Shown here: positions 40,778-52,956 of the stretch, in pieces
How positions within the stretch are numbered: position 1 is the stretch's first letter
Layout: each line of letters opens with the position of its first letter
NCBI GenBank assembly: GCA_950097015.1
Contig: CATNEN010000039.1
Coordinates: 2,790,001-2,854,000 of the forward strand
From: Macrostomum hystrix
Lineage: Eukaryota; Animalia; Platyhelminthes
Direction of reading: 5' to 3'
Length of the DNA: 64,000 bases
The notes under the pieces: generated by a model
What the model was told of the DNA's origin: nothing
Databases searched by the model: none
What the model saw: the letters and a program-made list of their open reading frames with translations, nothing else
Made by a program: the position numbers and the translations under genes

Positions 40778-41581
40778 TTCCAAGAAGCAGACAAAGAGTG
40801 CCGCGAGGACAGAAAGTATCCAAATATCCCACAAGCCGCGCCTGAGTCGTCAGTTGAGAAGCTCCGCAGAGAAATCACCTACTTTGAGCTTCGTAGGAAA
40901 CAAAAAACAGACTAAAAATTCCATTGAGCCCGAGTAGCGAATTCCCGAGTAGAGAATACAAAAAAACACATTTTAAACTTTTTCCTTGTCTTCTAAAAGA
41001 ATAATTAAAAAAACCTGAATGGGTCTTTGTCTGATTCCACAGCAGGAGTGGAGCATAGCACACAAAAGCAATAAAAAACACCCTAGACAGTGGGAGAGAG
41101 AGAAAGAGGGGAACGAGAGGGGAGAGAAGTTGTAGGGAGGAAGACGCGGGAGAAAGAAAAGTGACCTAATGTCGAGCCACGGCTAGGCTTCCAGACAGTC
41201 AGGGACTGCTGTATATAGTAAAACAGGTTCTGCAAAACAGCAGTCCGTCCACGAAAAGGGCATAAAAAGCAGATAGAGTGGCTTCCGCACGCAGCTCTTT
41301 CCTAACCCCCCAGCAGCGCGGCACAGTCAGCACAATGAGTCAGCCGGCTGGGCCTGTCTATCTGGCAAGCACAAACGCACAATTCAATAGCGCAAATAGA
41401 ACTCAACCGTGAATGGGATGCAGTGGAAGAACCGAAGTACAAAGAGTCACATAAAATCAGCTGCATGATTGCAATGGAATTGCTGTGAATTGTATATTAG
41501 TTAGAAATAGCATTGCAGCAATTCTGTCGGAAGTCGGAAATCAACTGTGTGAGGTCTTTGTTCTCAGTATCACCCACTTTC

Positions 41582-42345
41582 GGGGATCAGGAAGCTTGGG
41601 GATCGGGAAGCTTGGGGATCGGGAAGCTTGGGGATCGGGAAGATTGGGGATCGGGAAGATTGGGGATCGGGAAGATTGGGGATCGGGAAGCTTGGGGATC
41701 GGGAAGCTTGGGGATCGGGAAGCTAGGGGATCGGGAAGATTGGGGACCGGGAAGCTTGGGGATCGGGAAGATTGGGGATCGGGAAGCTTGGGGATCGGGA
41801 AGCTTGGGGATCGGGAAGATTGGGGATCGGGAAGCTTGGGGATCGGGAAGCTTGGGGATCGGGAAGCTTGGGGGAAAGCTTGGGGATCAGGAAGCTTGGG
41901 GATCGGGAAGCTTGGGGATCGGGAAGCTTGGGGATCGGGAAGATTGGGGATCGGGAAGCTTGGGGATCGGGAAGCTTGGGGATCGGGAAGCTTGGGGGAA
42001 AGCTTGGGGATCAGGAAGCTTGGGGATCGGAAAGCTTGGGGATCGGGAAGATGGGGATCGGGAAGCTTGGGGATCGGGAAGCTTGGGGATCGGGAAGCTT
42101 GGGGGAAAGCTTGGGGATCAGGAAGCTTGGGGATCGGAAAGCTTGGGGATCGGGAAGATGGGGATCGGGAAGCTTGGGGATCGGGAAGCTTGGGGATCGG
42201 GAAGCTTGGGGGAAAGCTTGGGGATCAGGAAGCTTGGGGATCGGAAAGCTTGGGGATCGGGAAGATTGGGGATCGGGAAGATTGGGGATCGGGAAGCTTG
42301 GGGATCGGGAAGCTTGGGGGAAGGCTTGGGGATCGGGAAGCTTGA
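41582..42345. repeat. 16-bp minisatellite (GGGGATCGGGAAGCTT)
   Basis: Direct. Confidence 0.95.
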
Positions 42346-42387
42346 ATAATCGGGAAGCGCTTGATTGTGGCTGTGCTAGCTACTCAC

Positions 42388-42753
42388 CGTTCTCTGCTCG
42401 GTCCTGCCACTGCCTCCACCGCCTCCGCCACTTTCAATGACGCTGTCATCACCGATGCCGGCACCGACGCCAGCCGTGACCGTCGTGGTCGCAGCCGACG
42501 CCGAGCCGACCGCGGCATTCCTTGTAGCCGCCGACTGTGTCGGGCCGGCCCAGCTCCAGCCCTCCGCCAGTACATACGGATCCTCCTGGAAGCGCTTTCT
42601 GAGGCCGGCCATCATGGACAGGGCGCTGGGGGCGGGCATGGTTGAGATATCATATGTACTAGGTACACTCTGATTGGTCAGTTTATCTGACGGAGTGATT
42701 GGTTAGATGAGGTCATTTGATCAGAACTACTCACGAATCTCGCCTCCCATGTC

Positions 42754-42786
<33 letters not shown>

Positions 42787-43162
42787 TGCCGACCTTCGCC
42801 ATCCTCGCTTGAACGACCTCTTCGCCGGCTTCTCCGCGCGGCCCGACGCCGCCGACGTCAGCTTCAGAAGATCCAGACGATCGAGACGATCGGCCAGCGT
42901 GGAAACAGCTTAACGGGCGGAGAACTCGGCGAACCCGCTGGTGGGCGCGCGAGCCCTTGCCGCCGCCGCCGCCGCCGCCACCGCCGCCAGTGGTGTCCAG
43001 ATTTCTCGATCTAAGCATGTGAATCCTCCACCGAATGCAAATCCTTCTCCGCTTTGTTACTGCAGCGCCAACAGCAGCCGGGCCGCGCAGTGCAAGCCTA
43101 AAAAAGGCCGAAGCAGAAGATCCTGTCCCTCCCACATTCTGGCCCGCCTGTCGATCAGCCAT
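42388..43162 (-). CDS. Possible GC-rich coding exons of an unidentified gene
   Basis: Exon-like composition (GGC runs), gtgagt donors near 42734 and 42387, and a cctag acceptor near 42660. No recognisable domain. Confidence 0.3.
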
Positions 43163-43725
43163 TGGCTGGCGGTGACGACTGCGCGCAGGAGTTGGCAGTG
43201 TACATTGGGGTGGGTGGCTGTGTCACTGCAGCCACATTTCCGACCGGCGGCCCCTCAATAACAAAGATCATGCCAGGCATTCAGCTGGCTATGATTCCTT
43301 CGCATGGCCTGCAATCCGTGACTAATGACGTCACCTGTACAGCTTGAATCTTCAGAGCGCCCGCCCCCTGGTGTATTAATCTTTCATGCGCAATGGTGCA
43401 TGGTGTGCTGCAGATGGCACGGCCCGATATGCCGAGCTGTGCCACCTGATGATTCAGCCGCTAATAACAGTAAACAGTTTTAATAAGAATCTGAATTATT
43501 GGTCACTGGCTGTGTTTTACACTTGAAACATGTCTTGCACATTTGCGAAACACGTTAATATACGAGCTATTTGGCAACCCGCTATCGTATAGCCCTGCCA
43601 TTTACTGGCTACCGTTGTGGGTGCATTGTTATTTTATTGTTAACAATTAATTATTGTCTTTGTTTAAGCGTCTTCGTTTAAAATTTTCATTAATTATCAT
43701 TTCTGCCTGTGATAATTCTAACAAT

Positions 43726-43952
43726 GGTATTTCTACCCCTGATATTTCTACCCCTGATATTTCTACCCCTGATATTTCTACCCATGACATTTCTACCCAT
43801 GATATTTCTACCCATGATATTTCTACCCATGATATTTCTACCCCAGTTATTTCTACCCCTGATATTTCTACCCCTGATATTTCTACCCCTGATATTTCTA
43901 CCCCTGATATTTCTACCCCTGATATTTCTACCCCTGATATTTCTACCCCTTA
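43726..43952. repeat. 15-bp minisatellite (GATATTTCTACCCCT)
   Basis: Direct. Confidence 0.95.
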
Positions 43953-44312
43953 TGATTTTTAATCATATCCAATGAGCCATCTCAGAAAAATGAATCGGAA
44001 ACAAGAAACGAAAATAGTGTCGCATTTTGTTCTTCAGAATTATATTCAATTGTACTTTTTTTCAAGATTCCAATTGATGCAAAGCAGATTGATTTTTTGT
44101 CTAAGGGATATTGGACCCGAGAGCTGCTAACTAAATAGGGCAAATTGCTGGGGTACAACAACACCTATTTGGGCTAAGGCTAGTCTAGGGGCTGAAGCAG
44201 TTGATAAGGAGAGAACTGGGCACTGAAATACTGAGATGTGAGCAGTTATCAGCTGTTGGCAGCTGATGCCACGACTGTGGACTCGGCAGACCAGAGCTTC
44301 AAAGCCACCGAC

Positions 44313-46706
44313 TCACAGCTGCAAAGCGTCCAGCTTCTGTTGCACCTGGGCAAACACCTCATCCACTGAGCCGGATGCGTCCACCTTGGCAGTGAGGCAT
44401 TGTGGGTGTCTCTCCCGTGTCTCATCTCTCCTGTGTCTCCTCTCTCTTGTGTCTCCTCTCCCCTGTGTCTCATCTCTCCTGTGTCTCATCTCTCCCGTGT
44501 CTCATCTCTCCCGTGACTCATCTCTCCTGTATCTCATCTCTCCTGTGTCTCATCTCTCCTGTGTCTAATCTCTCCCCTGTGTCACTCTCCCATGTCTCAT
44601 CTCTCCCATGTCTCATCTCTCCTATGTCTCATCTCTCCTGTGTCTCATCTCTCCTGTGTCTCATCTCTCCCCTTTCTCGTCTCTCCCCTTTCTCATCTCT
44701 CCCCTTTCTCATCTCTCCCATGTCTCATCTCTCCGGTGTCACATTTCTCCCGTATCGCATCTATCCTGCGTCTCATCTCTCCTGTGTCTTATCTCTCCCC
44801 TTTCTCATCTCTACCCTGTGTCATCTCTCCTGTGTCTCATCTCTCCCGTGTCTCATCTCTCCTGTGTCTCATCTCTCCTGTGTCTCATCTCTCTCATTTC
44901 CCATCTCTCCTGTGTCTCATCTCTCCCATTTACCATCTCTCCTGTGTCTCATCTCTCCTGTGTCTCATCTCTCCCGTGTCTCATCTCTCCTGTGTCTCAT
45001 CTCTCCCGTGTCTCATGCCTAGGCTCTACAAGAATATCAGCAACTAACCTGGATGACCTTTCCCTGACCCTTGTAGTGCTCGATCACCGGCTTAGTGAGC
45101 TGCTGGAAGGTGTGAAATCGCTTCTTAATCGTGCCCTCATTGTCGTCAACTCGGCCGCTGGTCTCGCCGCGTTTCAGCAGCCGCTGCTGCATGACGTCCT
45201 CGGACACGTCGAAGAACAGCACCGCCTGACAGGGCACCAGCTCCGACTCGAACCGAACTCCCTGAGCATTGTGGCGGGCGGAGGGGCAAATAATGGCCGG
45301 ATGGATAGATAGATTGAGGGATTGATCAGGGGCGGATCGGGAAGAATGGGGGCGGATCGGGAAGAATGGGGGCGGATCGGGAAGAACGGGGCTAGATCGG
45401 GAAGAATGGGGGCGGATCGGGAAGAATGGGGGCGGATCGGGAAGAACGGGGACGAATGAGGCAATCGCAAAGACCTGTTCCAGCTCTCGCGGGTAGCCGT
45501 CGATGAGGAAGCCCTTGGCTCCGGAGGCGCTCTTGGCCAGCATGGCGTCCCGAATCAGCTCCAGCACAATGTCCAGCGACACCAGCTCGCCGCTCTCCAT
45601 GATGGCTTTCAACCGGTTGCCGCGCTCCGAGCTGGACGCGACCTCAGCGCGCAGCAGGTCTCCCGAGGACAGGTGGGCCAGGCCGTACTTGGCAACAATG
45701 CGCTCGCACTGCGTGCCCTTGCCACTGCCGGGACCACCTGGGAGGTGCGGAGCTCCCAACATATACCACACCAGAAACCACACCAGATACCACACCAGAT
45801 ACCACACCGGATACCACACCGGATACCACACCAGACACCACACCAGATACCACACCAGATACCACACCAGATACCACACCAGACTCCACACCAGATACAA
45901 CACCGGATACCACACAATATACCACACCAGATACCACACCAGATACCACACCAGATACCACACCAGATAACACACCAGATAACACACCGGATACCACACC
46001 AGATAACACACCAGATACTACCCTCGTACACCAGACACCACACCAGACACCACACCAGATACCACACCAGATACCACACCAGATACCATACCGGATACCA
46101 CACCAGATACCACACCGGATACCACACCAGATAACACACCAGACACTACACCAGACACCACACCAGACACCACACCAGATACCACACCAGACACCACACC
46201 AGATAACACACCAGACACTACACCAGACACCACACCAGATACCACACCAGACACCACACCAGACACCACACCAGAAACCACACCAGATACCACACCAGAT
46301 ACCACACCAGACACCACACCAGACGCCACACCAGACACCACACCGGATTCCACACAAAATACCATAACAATAGAAAAGCAAACAGTCAAAATAGCTACTA
46401 CATGGCAACCGCAATTATTTCTGCCTACGTTATCGTAAGAGAACACGTAAAAAGTCCTGAACTACATGTGCCAGATACTGTACACAGTACATTGCTGGTT
46501 TTGGTACAGAACAGTCCATAATTCCTGTTATAACATGCCGAAAAAGCACTTACCCAGCACAAATATCACCTTGACATTCTTCAGCTGATCAACTAGAATA
46601 GTGATTAAGGAGAATTTATGCTTTTCGGTCATTTATAAAATCGGGGAGGCTAAAACTGATTGCATATTTCGGCATTTGCAGCGTCCTGGGACCTACCTGG
46701 GGCCAT
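44313..46706 (-). CDS. AK1: Adenylate kinase isoenzyme 1 (myokinase)
   Basis: Five phase-consistent exons: 46706-46697 (MAP), ~46593-46555 ([14 protein letters not shown]), ~45737-45476 ([10 protein letters not shown]...[12 protein letters not shown]...[10 protein letters not shown]), ~45262-45049 ([16 protein letters not shown]) and ~44384-44313 ([11 protein letters not shown]...LQL*). Confidence 0.95.
44405..45016. repeat. 16-bp minisatellite (TCTCATCTCTCCTGTG) in an AK1 intron
   Basis: Direct. Confidence 0.93.
45328..45452. repeat. 20-bp minisatellite (GGGCGGATCGGGAAGAATGG) in an AK1 intron
   Basis: Direct. Confidence 0.9.
45762..46355. repeat. 12-bp minisatellite (ACCACACCAGAT) in an AK1 intron
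   Basis: Direct. Confidence 0.95.
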
Positions 46707-47339
46707 GTCTGCGCTGCCGAGAAAGGCTGTCGCTGATTTAGTCGGTTACCCGGAGCCAGCAACAAAACGGACACAAGCCGGCCGGCCAGAAACTGCGGGT
46801 CGGCCAAATTTCACGAAGGGGATCGGAGGCGGGGGGGCCGGGGAGTGGGGGGAGAGCGAGGGTTGGGATCGCTGGCCTGGGCGGTAGAGAGGAGAGCGCC
46901 AACCCCGCCTCCACCCTGAACTCCGCACTTCACTGCCCGGCGGTACAGTGCGCCGGCTTCCTCTCCCCTACAGAAGGGAAGAACGAGCGGACCTGGAGGG
47001 GTAGGGGGCTAGGGAAAATCAAACCAGAGATTAGTGTCCCAACCAACCCCTGCTAGTCTCTGCTGCTGCTGCTGCTGCTTCTAGGCGAGCTTTTCGCGTT
47101 CAAGATGGGATTGGCGAGGCTGTGAATGTCAACCGCGGGATCGGCCACCATCCCCTGGTCTGTCGGAATCTAAGTACTGAATCCTACCTTTATAGTACTT
47201 GAATACTCGTACTAACACGAAAATTACTGGGCCGGTTTCAAAGCCTGGATTTACGCTCGTTTCTGCTTGTTCATCGAGATTGCGAAATACGTTCCAGCAC
47301 CTACACTCACCTGTCTCATTCCCCTACTCAATGAGAGAG

Positions 47340-50300
47340 TTATCACAACTCCCACTCCCTCACCTGTTAATTATCACAACTCCCACTCCCTCACGTGTTA
47401 GTTATCACAACTCTCACTTCCCTCACCTGTTAGTTATCACAACTCCCACTCCCTCACCTGTTAGTTATCACAACTCCCACTCCCTCACCTGTTAGTTATC
47501 ACAACTCCCACTTCCCTCACCTGTTAGTTATCACAACTCCCACTTCCCTCACGTGTTAGTTATCACAACTCCCACTTCCCTCACGTGTTAGTTATCACAA
47601 CTCCCACTCCCCTCACCTGTTAGTTATCACAACTCCCACTTCCCTCACGTGTTAGTTATCACAACTCCCACTCCCCTCACCTGTTAGTTATCACAACTCC
47701 CATTCCCTCACCTGTTAGCTATCACAACTCCCACTCCCTCACCTGTTAGTTATCACAACTCCCACTCCCCTCACGTGTTAGTTATCACAACTCCCACTTC
47801 CCTCACCTGTTTGTTATCACAACTCCCACTTCCCTCACCTGTTAGCTATCACAACTCCCACTCCCTCACCTATTAGTTATCACAACTCCCACTTCCCTCA
47901 CGTGTTAGTTATCACAACTCCCACTCCCCTCACCTGTTAGTTATCACAACTCCCACTTCCCTCACGTGTTAGTTATCACAACTCCCACTCCCCTCACCTA
48001 TTAGTTATCACAACTCCCACTCCCCTCACGTGTTAGTTATCACAACTCCCACTCCCCTCACCTGTTAGTTATCACAACTCCCACTCCCTCACCTGTTAGT
48101 TATCACAACTCCCACTTCCCTCACGTGTTAGTTATCACAACTCCCACTCCCCTCACCTGTTAGTTATCACAACTCCCACTCCCCTCACCTGTTAGTTATC
48201 ACAACTCCCACTCCCCTCACCTGTTAGTTATCACAACTCCCACTCCCTCACCTGTTAGTTATCACAACTCCCACTCCCCTCACCTATTAGTTATCACAAC
48301 TCCCACTCCCCTCACCTATTAGTTATCACAACTCCCACTTCCCTCACTTGTTAGTTATCACAACTCCCACTCCCCTCACCTATTAGTTATCACAATTCCC
48401 ACTCCCCTCACCTATTAGTTATCACAACTCCCACTCCCCTCACCTATTAGTTATCACAACTCCCACTCCCCTCACCTGTTAGTTATCACAACTCCCACTT
48501 CCCTCACGTGTTAGTTATCACAACTCCCACTCCCCTCACCTATTAGTTATCACAACTCCCACTCCCCTCACGTGTTAGTTATCACAACTCCCACTCCCCT
48601 CACTTGTTAGTTATCACAACTCCCACTCCCCTCACCTGTTAGTTATCACAACTCCCACTCCCCTCACCTATTAGTTATCACAACTCCCACTCCCTCACCT
48701 GTTAGTTATCACAACTCCCACTCCCCTCACCTGTTAGTTATCACAACTCCCACTCCCCTCACTTGTTAGTTATCACAACTCCCACTCCCCTCACTTGTTA
48801 GTTATCACAACTCCCACTCCCCTCACCTATTAGTTATCACAATTCCCACTCCCCTCACCTATTAGTTATCACAACTCCCACTCCCCTCACGTGTTAGTTA
48901 TCACAACTCCCACTCCCCTCACCTGTTAGTTATCACAACTCCCACTCCCCTCACCTATTAGTTATCACAACTCCCACTCCCCTCACCTGTTAGTTATCAC
49001 AACTCCCACTCCCCTCACGTGTTAGTTATCACAACTCCCACTCCCCTCACCTGTTAGTTATCACAACTCCCACTTCCCTCACCTGTTAGTTATCACAACT
49101 CCCACTCCCCTCACCTATTAGTTATCACAACTCCCACTCCCCTCACCTGTTAGTTATCACAACTCCCACTCCCCTCACCTATTAGTTATCACAACTCCCA
49201 CTCCCCTCACCTGTTAGTTATCACAACTCCCACTCCCCTCACCTATTAGTTATCACAACTCCCACTCCCCTCATCTGTTAGTTATCACAACTCCCACTTC
49301 CCTCACGTGTTAGTTATCACAACTCCCACTCCCCTCACCTGTTAGTTATCACAACTCCCACTTCCCTCACCTGTTAGCTATCACAACTCCCACTCCCCTC
49401 ACCTGTTAGTTATCACAACTCCCACTCCCCTCACCTGTTAGTTATCACAACTCCCACTCCCCTCACCTGTTAGTTATCACAACTCCCACTCCCTCACCTG
49501 TTAGTTATCACAACTCCCACTCCCCTAACCTATTAGTTATCACAACTCCCACTCCCCTCACCTATTAGTTATCACAACTCCCACTCCCCTCACCTATTAG
49601 TTATCACAACTCCCACTCCCCTCACGTGTTAGTTTTCACAACTCCCATTCCCTCACTTGTTAGTTATCACAACTCCCACTCCCCTCACTTGTTAGTAATC
49701 ACAACTCCCACTTCCCTCACCTGTTAGTTATCACAACTCCCACTCCCCTCACTTGTTAGTTATCACAACTCCCACTCCCCTCACCTGTTAGTTATCACAA
49801 CTCCCACTCCCCTCACGTGTTAGTTATCACAACTCCCACTCCCCTCACCTGTTAGTTATCACAACTCCCACTCCCCTCACCTATTAGTTATCACAACTCC
49901 CACTCCCCTCACCTGTTAGTTATCACAACTCCCACTCCCCTCACCTGTTAGTTATCACAACTCCCACTCCCCTCACCTATTAGTTATCACAACTCCCACT
50001 TCCCTCACCTGTTAGTTATCACAACTCCCACTCCCCTCACCTGTTAGTTATCACAACTCCCACTCCCCTCACGTGTTAGTTATCACAACTCCCACTCCCC
50101 TCACCTGTTAGTTATCACAACTCCCACTCCCCTCACCTATTAGTTATCACAACTCCCACTCCCCTCACCTGTTAGTTATCACAACTCCCACTCCCCTCAC
50201 CTGTTAGTTATCACAACTCCCACTCCCCTCACCTATTAGTTATCACAACTCCCACTTCCCTCACCTGTTAGTTATCACAACTCCCACTCCCCTCACCTGT

Positions 50301-50715
50301 TAGTTATCACAACTCCCACTCCCCTCACTTGTTAGTTATCACAACTCCCACTCCCCTCACCTGTTAGTTATCACAACTCCAACTCCCCTCATCTGTCAGC
50401 CATCCCATCTCCCACTCCCCTCATCTGTCAGCCATCCCATCTCCCACTCCCCTTACCTGTCAGCCATCCCATCTCCCACTCCCCTCACCTGCGAGCCATC
50501 CCATCTCCCACTCCCCTTACCTGTCAGCCATCCCATCTCCCACTCCCCTCACCTGCGAGCCATCCCATCTCCCACTCCCCTTACCTGTCAGCCATCCCAT
50601 CTCCCACTCCCCTCACCTGCGAGCCATCCCATTTCCCACTCCCCTCACCTGCGAGCCATCCCATCTCCCACTCCCCTTACCTGACAGCCATCCCATCTCC
50701 CACTCCGCTCACCTG
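47340..50715. repeat. 32-bp satellite (CTCACCTGTTAGTTATCACAACTCCCACTCCC) with a variant sub-array at ~50385-50715
   Basis: Direct; about 3.4 kb, roughly 100 units. Confidence 0.97.
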
Positions 50716-51271
50716 TTAGCCAATGAAGATTTTAGATAATTAAAGTCATAAGACAAAAGTTCTCAAAAATCGTTTCCAAGGCGTTGTGAAAAATTGTGCC
50801 CTGCAACACAGGCCGAAAAATGTACGACATATGCTACTCGAAACAAAACAGCTGCAGCAAGTAGTATCGTATGATATCGTTTCAAAATATATTTCCGATA
50901 CGCAAGCCCGAGTCCGCTGGGAACAAAAAGCGGATAAAATAAACAAATAAACTAGCTCAAACAATGAGAGGCAGGAGGCTGAATACGCAATAGAAAACTA
51001 CCGTAGCAACAGGTAATAAAGGTTGGGAGGCAGTTTGGCTGTGAAAAAAATTCCAACACTTTACAATTTGGGTGGGGGAACAACAGCTAGGTTGTCAGGG
51101 GAAGACGAAGGAAACATCGCAGAGTTGCTCTGACTTAGAGATACGAGTCAAAAATAAGCTTTTAATGAGACTTTTTAAATAGTGTACTATATAAAAATAC
51201 TTAATCTCCGCATCAAAACCAAATATTTCTATACATATCGGCAAATGTATTACTGTGCTACTCTTTCAATC

Positions 51272-51285
51272 GTATCCATAGCAAC
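51272..51285. promoter_or_regulatory. Candidate RFX X-box
   Basis: GTATCCATAGCAAC fits GTHNYY-AT-RRNAAC. Target gene is unclear. Confidence 0.35.
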
Positions 51286-52257
51286 AGAGTTGCTAATGTT
51301 GTTATTAAACAATTAGAAAAGTTAACCTAATGCATAATAAGATTAATTAAGGTTAATTAAATGTTAGTCACTAACGCAATACAAGGAGGCGGGTAGGTTA
51401 GGTTTATTTAAGAAATTTCACATCATATTTTGTGACGCACACCAATATACAGAACATATAACACAATTTGGAGAGAAAATTTAACAACAAAAACGGTTAC
51501 AACATGCTGATCGAATGTTTAATGTTTCATGGGACAAACCACCAAGGCAATGGTCTGCAGCCCCCTCTGCAGATCAAGTCCAGCCAATCATAGCTAAGAA
51601 ACAACAGCAACAGCAAGAATGGAAGCGCATTATCATTTCGTGCAATTAATGCGAAAAATCGCGAAATACGCTTTACACACTACTGACGCATGACAGTAGT
51701 GCTGCGAAAATCGCAGTTATAAAATTAGGACATGATATAAATAAATCGAATAGCAAAGATCCCCAATGAAAAATTGGCGTAAATAAAAATGAAGATTCCA
51801 TAAATGTGATATCGCAGGAGGAAGCCAGTATAGATTTGTGTATAGGTTAAATATAATCAGTAAAAAGACATTTCACAATGCACAGGTGAGTGAATGGGGA
51901 GTAGAGGCGCAGTAAATAGACTGAGACGAAAATCAAAATCAGCAATGAGCAAAACACATTGTGGAACAGTGCGCGCGAATGGTTAGCAGAGCTCTGCGGC
52001 ACCATTGGCCATCTGCTGAGCTCTCGGTGTGAGCACAGCTGGCTGAGTCTGCTCAGTGTAGGAATGCGACCAGGTAACATTGTGCGACGTTTTTTGGCTG
52101 TCAATTTGAGCATACTTCAATTAAAAACACAGAATGGTGAATATCCGGAATCATAGGCAAAGATCTATTTAAAATTCTTTGTACAAAAACTAGGCAATAA
52201 CTCTAATCCCAAGCAAAAGCGCGAATCCCAGATATCAAACAAATATAATCTCAGGTC

Positions 52258-52402
52258 GGGGGTCGGTGGCAGAGCAACCAAGAGGTTAACGCCTTCGCCT
52301 CTCGCACCAAGGTCCCTGAGCTCGATTCCGTGGTGAGGCCACATTCATTTGGGGCACAGCCGCGGAGAGAAGGCTTGAAGGCTTGTCGTACAATTTACAC
52401 CC
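52258..52402 (+). mobile_element. SINE family B, 5' half
   Basis: gcctctcgcaccaaggtccctgagctcgattccgtggtgaggccacattcatttgggg matches the other family B copies. Confidence 0.8.
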
Positions 52403-52492
52403 AGAATCTAAAAAACCCGAAAGCCAAAGCTTTAAACTCTCCTAAACTAAAATATGTCTATATGTCTCCTAAAATATGTCTAAAAATATGTC

Positions 52493-52865
52493 TAAACTCC
52501 GAAATCCCAGGTCATAAACTCCAAAATCCCCAGATCCCATATCCGAAATCCCCAGATCCCAAACTCCGAAATCCTCAGAACCCAAACTCCGAAATTCCCA
52601 GATCTCAAACTCCAAAATCCCTAGATCCCAAACTCCAAAATCCCGACATCCCAAACTCCGAGATCCCCAGATCTCAAACTCCAAAATCCCCAGATCCTAA
52701 ACTCCAAAATCCCCAGATCCTAAACTCCGAGATCCCCAGATCCTAAACTCCAAAATCCCAGAACCCAAACTCCGAAATCCCCAGATTACAAACTCTGAAA
52801 TCCCCAGATTCCAAACTCCCAGATCTCAAACTCCAAAATCCCCAGATTCCAAACTCCCAGATCTT
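52493..52865. repeat. ~23-bp degenerate minisatellite (AAACTCCRAAATCCCCAGATCCY)
   Basis: Direct. Confidence 0.9.
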
Positions 52866-52956
52866 GCATTCCGGATATTCACTAAGCAAACAGAATTCGA
52901 AGCAACAGGATCATGAAATCCTCTACATCCCAATGCATCCCAGATTCCACAAGCGG

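Noticed and set aside
50385-50710. Repeat units ATGGGATGGCTGACAG|GTAAG as the AK1 first coding exon (in phase)
   Set aside because: A closer unique exon ATGGCCCCAG|gtaggt at 46706-46697 fits the same phase. There is no evidence the repeat is used.
47340-50715. CRISPR-like array (32-bp units); also considered for 39945-40720 and 59881-60400
   Set aside because: Units are head-to-tail with no unique spacers, there are no cas genes, and the context is eukaryotic.
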